From: the human T2T-CHM13v2.0 reference genome, Homo sapiens
Strand: one strand, 5' to 3'
Length of the DNA stretch: 64,000 nt
NCBI RefSeq assembly: GCF_009914755.1
Contig: NC_060925.1
This document shows, one piece after another, positions 40,831 to 54,008 of this stretch. Under the pieces are notes generated by a model. It worked only from the letters and a program-made list of their open reading frames with translations, was not told the origin of the DNA and made no database searches. Made by a program: the position numbers and the translations under genes. How positions within the stretch are numbered: the first letter of the stretch is position 1; each line of letters opens with the position of its first letter.

Positions 40831-42762
40831 ATTTTAAATTTCTATAGCATCTTACACAGACTACGTAATTTAAAAAACAGGTGGAGGAACAGGAAAGTAT
40901 TCAAGTTTCCATCATCAGAAGTTCAAGTAATTCACCATCTTTAAGGATTCCCTTCAATCTCTGATGTGCAGCATACATATTTCTGCCAAGCAGAGGTATT
41001 GCAGAACAAATCACAAGATAGCAATTATCTCCCCCAATATTCCTATAAATAGTTGTAGGCAGCCCTCTACCTCATCCTTGTTTCATTACTGAGTTTCTGG
41101 GATGAATTTGAAAGGCAGATTTTTTTAAAAAGCCTTGGCAATTGAGAGGCTATAGTTGGCTTATAGGGACTGTGCTTGCAGGTGCAAAAAAATACATTTT
41201 GCATACATAAAAATACAAGGGGGTCAGGCTGGATTCCTTTGAATGTGCAGCCTTACATTTTTAATTTTATTTTTCTGAATTTTTGATGAGGACAGATTTT
41301 GTTGGTCTGCTGCCCATTTTCATAGCACATTGGAATCTGGCAGTTCCACTTGGGAACCCATTGAAATGCAAAGAGAGGCCAGGTCTGTAACTAAGATCCG
41401 TTTACCTGCATTCACTCTGTAATAAGAGAAAATGGAAAGAGGAATTAACCATTAAATTACCAGCTGAATTAGAATTAGAAATTGTTAAGGTGGGAAGATT
41501 TACTCACTGAAATACTAATTCTGAACTGTAGGCTTCGAAAAATAAGATGTAGTAGTTATACCCTCCATTTGGATCAGCACTTTACAGTTTAGAAAAGCAT
41601 TTTCACATCCATCCATTATTTCATTGCAACCTCCCTGAAACCCTGTAATCAAGTTATCACACTGGTACCAATTATCTTTTTTCTGTACAAATCAGATCAT
41701 GTAATTTCCCTTCTTTAGTAAGTTCAGAGGAGTCCTGTTGCTCTCAGGATGAAGTCCAAAACCAAGGCCACCATATCTGAACTTATCCCCTCTTCACAAC
41801 TATGTCTTCTATCATTCATTCATTCTCTGGTAATTAACACATAGGCACAGTTCTAGCTTACCAAAAATTTCCAGTACAACAAAGGAAGACAGTCACTTCA
41901 GATAAATGCATGTTAGTAACTCCTGAAAGGGGGTTTAAGTTGAAATCTATTCATTGGATTCTGAGTTAGGCAGATGACATGTGCAGCAGCAGATTGGGGT
42001 ATAAAGCACAGATGATTGAGTAACAGCAAACAGTGGGAACAGAGGAACACAAAAAACAGCACCATTTCTCTTAGCCACAGCCATACAGGATAATTGCCCC
42101 ATAATCTTTCACACCTCCAAGTTTTGGACAATCTAACAGAAAGATCCCTCATTCTTTCTCCACTAGATAAACTCATTAATCCTTCAAGTCCCCTCTCACT
42201 TGTCATTTTTCTTTGCTTCCTCAGCTTCTCCATTAAGCTTTGTTTTTGCTTGTACATCCATTTCTTCCTACCGAACCATAAGCTCCTTGGGGACAAGGAA
42301 AGTGAAGTGTGAGCTTAATACACAGTGGGTGAGCAGAGCAGGGACCCAGTGCCCAAGACAGAAAGTAGGGGGGTTTTGGTGAGTGGGAACCAGTGGCCCA
42401 CAGACTAGCTGCCATGACACTGCCCATCCATGCTGCTGCTCTCAAAAATGGCATGTGTGACAAGGACAGCCAACTGAAAGCCCACCTGGATTAGGCTCTG
42501 AGCTAAACTTACTGTGGACAAATTGGCCAGTGGGGGTTCTTGTAACATCCCTGCTTGAAAGTGGAGAACAGGTTCATGAGTGATTTGTTGGTGATAGTGC
42601 TCATTGCTTTTGTGACCTCTGCACTGGACTGCATTGTCTCTATTCTAATCCAAGCCCATACTCATGTGTTTTTCAACTGTTCTGTCTCTTGGTGCCTATT
42701 TGCTTGAAGGACATTATGCAAACTGTACCGGTTCCGGACAACTGGCCTAGACAAGGAGCTAA

Positions 42763-43158
<396 letters not shown>

Positions 43159-44479
43159 TGAAATCATATCTGGAAGCTGGTTTTCTTCTGCAATTTACGT
43201 AACTTGGAAATCCCCAAATCTAAAAAAAGCACAGTTATTTTGAAATGGGAGTGGGGGTCATGGTAACCAGTTACTCAGGCTCTCCCCTGATCTCTCACAC
43301 CTACGCAGACCCTAAGGCACCTCCACAGACCTAAGATTCCACAGAACACAAAATAAAAACACTGGTCTAGATTTAAAAAAAAAAAAAAAAAAAGGACTTG
43401 TATAGATAAACTCTAAGAGTTGACATCAGCTGGTCTATCAGATTAGCTCTCAGTTTGGATCTAAAATATCAAGGAAGACTTAGATTTGGCATCATCTGGG
43501 TTTGATTTCTGACTTGGGCATGTATTCAATAGCATGAACTTAAAGGATGTCATCTCAGCTTCCCAGAGCCTCAGTTTCCTTATATGTATGGGGGAAATCA
43601 TAATAAAGACTTCGTTGGAATTGTGCTGATTAGATTAAAATGTACGTAAAGTATTTCACATAATAAGCAAACAACAAATATAAGGTGAATTAGCAATTGT
43701 GATTATGGCTGAAGTGCTATTTATTATTGCCATTTACTTTGACTAAAGTATTCTTTAGCTCTTTGTGATCACTTGTAGGCCTAGAAGGCTTTGAAAAATG
43801 ACAATTCTTCTTCAACCTCCACCTCCATTGAAATACCAATAGCAATACTAATTTTAAAGAACTTTCAACACAGGGCTAAAAGATGATTGAAACAATTTCT
43901 CAGATGAGCCACTCACCTTTGGAAAATAAGGCTGTTTTGTGGGAAATTCAAGCTCACCCATTTGAGAGTGTTAATGGAATTCCAGTGAAAAGGGCACTCC
44001 TCTGAAGGCATTGGCCTCCTTTGTTTGTTCTCTTATTATTGCAGCATTCCTGTTATCAAAGGCATAAAGGGGAGGCCCATCTGTACCCAACACAAAGGAG
44101 AGAATTCCTGAGACCAATCTAATGAGAGGCAGGGTCCCTATGAGCCTTGGAAGCCAAAACATCTCGGGACATATGGTTTCCTGAAAGTCCTACCCCAGCA
44201 GTAATTGGCTGATTCATTCTTTCTTTTACATATACACCTCAAATACTTATTGAGCACCTGGTAGTGAGTCTAGAGCAGTGGACAAAATAGGCGAAGTCTC
44301 TACTCTCTGAGCGTAGCCATGGGGCAGGCAGGAAGGGGTCAGAAAGGTTCTCGGCACCAGAGTCCCAAGAAGTAGACAGAAGACAGCAGAATCACAATTA
44401 CCAAGGAGGAAAGTACATTTTTATAAAAATATGGGCTATGAGATCAGCAGCTTTACTTACTTGAAAATAGAACTAAGAG

Positions 44480-44690
44480 TGATTCATCAACTACTATGTG
44501 TCAGAGACTTTGTAGGATGCATAAATACATCATCTCATATAATTTTCATAACAACCACACTAGGCTAGGTATTATTTCTCTCGTCTTACAGAAGAGAAAA
44601 CTGATGCTCAAAAGAGGCAAAATTCCTTGTTCAAGATCACACAGCTAGTAAGTGGCAGACCTGAGACTGTCAGATCTCAAAGTTGAAGTT
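44480..44690 (-). mobile_element. MIR SINE
   Basis: 'ttacagaagagaaaactgatgctc...caagatcacacagctagtaagtggcag'. Confidence 0.75.
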
Positions 44691-45806
44691 TTTTTACTAG
44701 GGCTTACATCTCTAGCAAACAAGCTTAACAAACCTAATTTCATTAATATGTACAATGTCTCCTAGTGCATTCAAACAATATAGACCAAATGACTGCCACA
44801 AAGAGAAATTAGTGGATCTACATTTAGAAACCACATGTTTTTATTGGCTCTTCTCTTTCTCTCTCTCTTTTTAATGCTCTCTCCAACACCAATTCACTTT
44901 ATTCTTTTCAATAAGCATTTGTCCAATTTAAAGTCAATGAAAAATAATGTACATTTTTCAACAAGTATACATTAAGCCCTGCAAAAGTGCTTATATGCTA
45001 TTTAGTGCTGAGGGTGCTGGAGCAGGGAACACATTTGAGTATGTCTGTAATTGAATTCCAAAGGGGTTAGCAGGAAGCTGGCTTTGTTCTGCAATTTAGG
45101 GAACTAAGAGCTTGTTAGAAAGGCTTTGGAGGAGAAGAGGAGGGAGGCAGGGAGAAAAGGAGGGAGAGGGATAGGGAAGAATGCTTAGTAAGGAGAACCT
45201 CCCTCCACAGCCTGTGGCATGAAAGGAGATGGTATCTCCCTCTACCAGACAGGGCTGCACTTGGCAGTCAAAAGATTTGGGTTCTATTTCCAGCTCCACA
45301 CAAATTCCTAGCCCCCACTACCTCATTGATAAGATTTGTAATATGGAAACAGTCTATGATTCTATTAAAAAAGGCAGTGACCTAACACCACTGGGCTTAT
45401 TTTTTACCTCCCTTTTATACATAAGTTAAAATCTCAGGTCGCATGTGCCTCCTCGCTGTCTCTTCCCATTTGTTCTTCTTACTGAACAAATTGGTGCCAT
45501 TTACCCCAGTTTGGGGCTCATGGTTCTCTCTTTGCTCAAAAACGGAGTTGAAGCTTAGGTCTGAGTTTCACACTGTTTCTCTTGCTTCTGGATATTAAAA
45601 TCCAGATCCTTTTGGTTCTTTTGCTGGCCAGTGTCTATAAACTAGAACTGAGTCCTAAGCAAGGGGCTTCATCAAGAGGCAATATGTAGAAACAGAAAAG
45701 GACACAGGCGTTTTGGAGTCAGAAAGACCTGGAATTAAACCCTGATTTAGCCCCTTTTTCATCTCATGTGTAAAACAAGGGTGTGAGTGTTATGCCATGT
45801 ATATGA

Positions 45807-46191
<385 letters not shown>

Positions 46192-46339
46192 CACACTCAT
46201 TTTCATTATTAACAAATAGCATTTGCTCCAGATATCGTGAAAATGTAGATGATAAAACTTTGAACCCTTCAGTTCATGAGTTCCCCTAAAGAAAGAGCAG
46301 AAAATACTTTCATGTTCATTTATAAAAATGATAGAATAG

Positions 46340-46665
<326 letters not shown>

Positions 46666-46915
46666 ACCTTATTTCCTTTCAAAGAGAACTCAACTGCCTC
46701 TCTAGATAGTAACTTCTTCCAGCAAGGTGTCAAGTCCTGGGATGGGCTATGTATTCATATCTTAAAGGGCTTGATTTTTATAAGTTTAATAAAGGCTCAG
46801 TTCAAAACAAGTTGATGGCTGACTTGTCAGGTCACATAAAAAGTGTCTATGAAGATCAAAGACCTTGAAATAGGCACAGTGACCTTCCTGGAACCCAAGG
46901 TGGGGAAATACTTCC

Positions 46916-47340
46916 TGTCTTAGTTTGAGCTGCCCTAAAGCAGGCCCTGAAATAAGGATTGTAATGCAAGTAATTTATTTGGGAGTTGCAAATAACACTG
47001 TCATGGGAGTGAGGAAACGATATAAGAAAGAGAAAGTAGACCATAAAAGGTGCATCATTAAGCCAGATGCCAGGAAACTGAAAAGCAGCATAAAACACAC
47101 TCCTCAGATTTTTGATCCCCAAAGGGTGAGGGAGTTGGGGTATTTATACACTAATTTCTAAGAGTCATATGTCAAGGGCTGCTCCCAAGTATGTCAAGAA
47201 CCTTAAATGTCTGACCTGTGCTCAGATCAGCAGTGGCCTTCCTCAGTTTTTGGGAAGCCAGTTCAGAAATGCAGCTATGAGCAGTTAGCACTGGAATGAC
47301 AGGAACCAAGGGATACAGTGAGGGATGAGCATCTGCTCCC
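46916..47340 (-). mobile_element. Old MaLR solo LTR (MLT1J/K/L-like)
   Basis: 'tgtcttagtttgagctgccctaaagcaggccctgaaataaggattgtaatgcaagtaatttatttgggag'. Confidence 0.65.
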
Positions 47341-47589
47341 CTTTCAAATGAGGTTTCCTGTTTAGGTACCATGGATCACACTCTTCCCTTAGGAACAACA
47401 GCCTTTCAGACCACCTCACCTGGCTTACTCCTCCTTATTCTTCAGCAGCTGTCTCCTTAGGCGTATATGTAGCATTCCACTAAAACTATCTGTACCTCAA
47501 CCATCTCTGTAGTTGAAGAACCTAAAATAGTATCTGGCACATGGTAAGTGATGAGTAGTTATTTTTTAAAATAATGAATCCATTCTTCC

Positions 47590-47790
47590 TTGAAGGGACT
47601 TTAGGGCCAGGTACTGTGGCAGGTGATTTTAATGCATTTTCTTTCTCCAGTTTACATGATACACCTATTTATTAATTTTCATCCCCATTTTGTAGATGAG
47701 GAAACTGAGGCCTAGAAAAGTTAAGAGCTAAAGACATGGCAAGACTGAGATTCAAATCCACAGAGATTCCAAAGCCACCTTGACCTATGC
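47590..47790 (-). mobile_element. MIR SINE
   Basis: 'atccccattttgtagatgaggaaactgaggcctagaaaagttaag'. Confidence 0.75.
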
Positions 47791-48859
47791 AAGACTGTGA
47801 AACAGAAACCTTGAGAATTACAGACAGTGCGTTCAGGCCAAGACACAAGGAATTTGGACTCTATTGTAAGCTTCAGAGATAAATGCACTGTGTCACAAGG
47901 TGTTGCTGGAGACACACAAGGCATACAGTTCAACTGCTAGTTTCTCCTTGAGAAGGTGAGCTGCAGATGGCATGTCAGATTCACCTATGTCCATCACTTG
48001 GCACAGGGCCTGGCTTAGTAAATATGTGATGGAGGCTTACTGAACAGAACAAGCAATTGAGTAAATAAGAAATAGATGGAAGAATAAACTGAGGGGATGG
48101 GAGGGCCATGAGGGATGGTGATTCTTCAGGGAAGTTGCATTACTGCACTGAGTGTTTCTAGCTTGGGTTTTTATTCATTCTAACAGCATTTATGAACACT
48201 ACTATGTTTATAGCAAAGTGTGGAAAGCCTAAACCATATGCTTTAAACACACTGATTTTTCTGCTTAAAAATATGCTCTTCCGCTGCTGCAAAGACAGTT
48301 AAATGAATTGGGGGAAGTCTGTTCTTCACGTTGCAAACTGGCTATTTGCAGGGATAAAAGCTTCCAGTGAACACTGTTCCTCTACTATAAGTTGTGCTTG
48401 CTGCTGTCAATAATGCCCTTTACCTAATCACAAGAAAAGATGGATGCCTGGTGGCCAGCTTCAATTCTACTCCACACCTTTGTTTTTCAAGGTAAGAGGA
48501 CCACCCTGTAATATAATTCACATCTCCCATCACTGAGTTGAACAGATCTGACAGCTAACATTTTGCTGCTTTATTTGACCTTAATCTGCTCTTGAACTTT
48601 GTCTACTGTTACTGGATAACCAGCAACTGCAAAGTGAGAGAAACCAATGTGTGTAATGCCTAGTTCATAATACTTCGCCCTCTCCCTATTGTTTAATTCA
48701 ATGGCTCTCAATTGTTTCTCTCCTCTGGTCCCAGTATTTGTATCCTCCCTCTCCCCCTCACACACACACCAGTCCCTCTCTCAACCTACCTGGTCTACTG
48801 TAATAGGAACATAATGAAATTTCACAGGCAAAGGTATTTATATGATTACAGAAAAGCCA

Positions 48860-49090
48860 CATGGCTTGGACTAAAAAGACCTAAATTGAAATCTCATTTT
48901 AGCTTCTTACAAACTGTGTGACCTTACTTAGCCAAATGACTTAACCTGTTTAAGCCTCAGTTTCCTCATTAATAAAATTGAGATAATAATGCCTAACTTC
49001 TAGGATTATTATGACAATTAAATGGGAAGGCAGAAAAATGTCTAAAACGGTGCTTAAAATCTTGACCTATGTTAGCTGCTCTCATTAACA
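48860..49090 (+). mobile_element. MIR SINE
   Basis: 'gacttaacctgtttaagcctcagtttcctcattaataaaattgagataataat'. Confidence 0.75.
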
Positions 49091-50605
49091 CCAGTATTAA
49101 TATTAATAAGCATTGTGTTGCTAGAGCCATCATTATTGGATGGTTTGGGGATGTAACATTTCCATTAACATTTTAAAGAATAATGTCTACTGCTATGATT
49201 TTTAAAAATAACCAAAAGCACACTTGCAAAGGACAATAAGATAGAACAGTCATTTAAAAATTTTCTGTCATATAATTCTTAAAAATAAAATGTTCTGCTG
49301 AAAAATGATGAAACTCAAAAATAATGCATAAAACATTTCAGCCTGTGTCCTGGTAGGTAAAGACAGCAGGGGCCTACATATCCCAGTGTTGGAGGGCACA
49401 GAAATTGAGGCATAGTGATTTCTTGGTAAATGTTATAAAAGGGCCGTGTCTCCTAGACTGCTGAGTCTCATTAGTGGTATACCAAAGGCCTCATTCATCA
49501 ACTTACTGTCTCAAAAAATAATCTGCATTTTGAGGAACACTACAAAAAATGTACCTAAACACACACACACAGATAAAAGTTCATCTCAATCCAAAGGCTT
49601 ATCAATAAATTTGATGAAAAAGGCCATGTAGTTGCAATCGAGTTCATTTGGTTTCAAAAGGAAGGCAAAAGAGAGGGTGTTGACATTGTAGCAGGTACTG
49701 AGTTTAGTTACCAATAGAAAATATTTTAAAAATTTAAAAACGGGGCCAGATGAAATAGTTTTCACTGCCTATGCATGTGTATGCATGTATATGAATACAT
49801 CCATACACAAATAATACATTTTACTACCAACCCATTAAAGTTAAAACATCAATCTTCATCATATCAATTTCAAAATATTAGACTCTGCCATTCTAATCTG
49901 GTATTGATAAGAATGAACAAGTCCTGGAATTTTACACCTGGGTGCATTTCATTTTGTTTCTCTTCAGTGACAGAATTCAATATGACACAGCTCAGTGTGA
50001 CAGCATCAGGCTGAGACTGTCACCTTAGGGGCTTATACATCTTTAAAATTCTCACAAAAGTGAAATTGACTGACAGCGAAGCAAAATGATGCTTTTAACT
50101 TGAGTTGGAAGATCAGAAAAGTCAATGAAAACACTCAGAGTTCGTTAAGGCTCTTCAGTGAAGATCTTTTGGAGGAAACAGCTGTAGCCTCCCAAGTACT
50201 AAACTGCTGCGGTCTGGTGGGACCCCAAGGACCATCTTGAGGGATATGGCCACACAGAGGCCATGGTGTTAAAAGTGATACAAGTAGAGTGCTTGTATCA
50301 CTTTTGTAACAAACTTAACAAAGAAAGTCTGTTCTCTTCTCATTCTATCACAGGTATGGTATGATGTATAGGGAAGAGTATGGGGCTGGGAAGTGAGAGG
50401 TGCTGCATTCAAATCCTTGCTTTGAATCATCACTTTAAGGATGGGTGACCCAAGAGACACCACTTAACCCTTGTGTCTCCATTTATTTACCTGCAAACTG
50501 GGATGATGGATATACTTACTTCAGTGTTGTGGAAACATCAAATAAAAAATGTTATATGTCAAAACTAAGTTCCAAAGGGCTACACAAAGTTAAGATTTTA
50601 TTGTG

Positions 50606-50917
50606 TACAGTCAGCCCTCTGTAATCACAGGTACCACATCTGAGGATTCAACCAAATGTAGACCAAAAACTTTAGAAAAAGTAAAAAACAATAACAATAA
50701 TGCAAATAAAAATATAATACAGCAACTATTTATAAAGCCTTTACATTGTACTAGGTATTACAGGTAGTCTAGAGATGATTTAAAGAATATGGTAAGATGT
50801 GCATAAGTTGTGTGTAAATACTGCAACACTTTATATCAGGGACTTGGGCATCTGTGGATTTCAGTATCTACAGAAATCCTGGAACCAATCCCCCAAAGAT
50901 ACTGAGGAATGCCTGTA
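50606..50917. mobile_element. TcMar-Tigger MITE MER2
   Basis: TA-flanked TIRs 'tacagtcagccctctgta' ... 'gatactgaggaatgcctgta'; internal 'ttacattgtactaggtattacaggtagtctagagatgatttaaag'. Confidence 0.85.
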
Positions 50918-51249
50918 TATATTTATGCAATTTTGTTTTTACTGTGGCCATAACTGTTGCTACAATAGACCTCTACACAGGCAGAGCCAGAGAATGCATG
51001 CATGCTATAATTTTAAGAGTGAGTAAGATTTAACACTAAGTGGTCTGCCTCCTAAACCTATATTCTCTACAAGGCAGCATTCTGTATCTGGCCATGAAGT
51101 CACAGAGCTGAAGGGATACCTAGCCCATCCCCCTGTTTTACGAATGACCAGACCCCCAGTGAGGAGAAGCAAATGGTCCGAGATTAGGTGGTTAGAGAAA
51201 GGGGCTGGATAAAGACAATAATGATTATGATATAAAAACTAAAACATAA

Positions 51250-51590
<341 letters not shown>

Positions 51591-52020
51591 TTATTTCATT
51601 ATTTACAAAGCACATTCATATGCACTAATTCATTTTGATTTTCATCTTGACAACTTCCTATGAAATAGGTAGGGTTTTATTGTTACCTCATTTTAAACCA
51701 AGGGAACCCAGCATTCAAATAGGTGCCCTGTCTTTCTCAAGTTTAAGAAGCTAATCAGTGTTAGAGTTTGGACTCAAGGCTGGATGTCACCCCAGTCTCA
51801 GAACCCTTCTGCCATCCTGCGCTGAGCTGTAAGGTACAGAAAAGGCAACACTGACGGCCTGAGAATCTAGCCAGTGAAGTGTGGCAGGCAGGGGGCTGCA
51901 CAGAGGCGTGCTATGGTGCAAAGGACTAGAGGACAATAGAGGCAGAAGGTGCAGTGAGTGGGAGGCGAGTCTAGGTCCTAGTGGACTGTGCTGCCCAGGG
52001 CCCAGCTGGGTGATCTAAAG

Positions 52021-52355
52021 CAGCATTGTCCAAAAAAAAGAAAGAAAAAAGGCAAGCTACAGATAGAATTTTAAATGTTCTAGTGACCACATTTTAAAAG
52101 GTACAAAGAAATGGGGGATGGGGGGTGGGATTCTATTAATGTATTTTCTTTAACCTATCTTAACTATTATCATTTCAACATACAACCAATATAAACAATT
52201 ACTTAGATTTTTGACAATCTTTTTCTTTTTTCAGTACTAAGGCATTGAAATCTGCATGTATTTTGCATGTACTACACATCTCAATTTCATCTAGCCATAC
52301 ATCTGGTGCTCAACAGCCACATGTCACTCACGGCCACCAAAATAGATAGTGTAGA
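52021..52355. mobile_element. hAT-Charlie MITE (MER33-like)
   Basis: 'cagcattgtccaa', 'ttttaaatgttctagtgaccacatttt' and 'ctagccatacat...gtgctcaacagccacatgt'. Confidence 0.65.
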
Positions 52356-52970
52356 TCTAGAGATAGGGTCAGGGTGGACAGAGTCCTGGCCTTTGGGCCC
52401 TGGGCAGATCTAGAAAAAGAATGATCCAAAAAACACTTTCCCTACAGTTCATCTCAAACTACAGTCATACAAAATGCTGGCTCCACCAGGCCCCAGAGGA
52501 AGTTTGCCATAATAATCACGTTTTCTTTCTACCTCCATCTTTTTCTCCTTAGGTGAAGAATTAAGGAGAGGAAGAAGAAAACATCAGAACTGCACAACAA
52601 AGTTTGGGTAGCATCACCCTACAGGCAGGTAACCTCTTTCGGACCCTGTTGCTTTACCATAAAATGAAGTAGTTCAACCAACCCAGGAACATTTCAATAT
52701 TTCACCATTTTCTCTTTCTTTTGCTTGCTTGTTATTTTCTTGTCCCAATCTCTTCCTCCCAATCCACTTTCTCTCTCTGGTCTTCTTTCCCTATAAAATT
52801 CCATGATTCATTAAGCATGTACTTAGGCAAGCCCCATGCTAGGCACTGGGGTCTTAGACATGAGTCAGATTTGCTGTTTGCCCTTAGTAGTCAGGGAAGC
52901 AGGTATACCAAAAGGTAATTGCAATGCAGTGGGATCTATTAAGTATAATGCAGTCACTGAAGAAAACACT

Positions 52971-53298
52971 TGTCTTAGTCCTTTTTGTGCTGCTAAAACA
53001 AATACTTGAGACAGGACAATTTATAAAGAACAGACATTTGTTTCTCACAGTTCTGGAGTCTTGGAAAGTCCAAGATCAAGGGGCCAGCAGACTTGGTGTC
53101 TGGTTAGGGCCTTCTTGCTGAGTCCTCACATGGCAGAAAGTGAAAAGTGGAACTATGTAAAGCTTCTTTTAAAAGGGCTTTATTCTCTTTAATGAAGGAG
53201 AAGTCCTCATGGCCTAATCACCTCCTAAAGGCCCACCACTTAATACCATCACATTGGCAACATCTGAATTTTGGAGGGGACACATTCAAATCACAGCA
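52971..53298 (-). mobile_element. MaLR solo LTR (MSTC/D-like)
   Basis: 'tgtcttagtcc...ctcacagttctggag...ggaaagtccaagatcaagg...ggggacacattcaaatcacagca'; near 5-bp TSD acact/accct. Confidence 0.8.
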
Positions 53299-53552
53299 AC
53301 CCTCAACTGCCCTTTGGTTTGAGGTGGATCATAAATAGATTAATAGAAGAGAGATTCTTGTCTGTCACACTACAGTTACCTAATCATAATTTCATTTCTC
53401 AAGTTTTTTTAAACCAGTATAAGCAAGAGCCATCCAGAATAGTCACAATGAGTTGATAAATTGTAACCCAATAGCAATTGCTATTTTTGTTGCCCTACCT
53501 AGCCTAAGAGGAAGGGAGCACACTTTCTGTTTCACCTTAGAAAAACAAAACA

Positions 53553-54008
<456 letters not shown>

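Noticed and set aside
42725-42741. Small CpG-containing hairpin 'tgtaccggttccggaca'
   Set aside because: Too short to exceed chance expectation in 64 kb.
51881-51900. CTCF-like motif 'gtggcaggcagggggctgca'
   Set aside because: It mismatches the core CCASYAG positions and cannot be supported without ChIP data.
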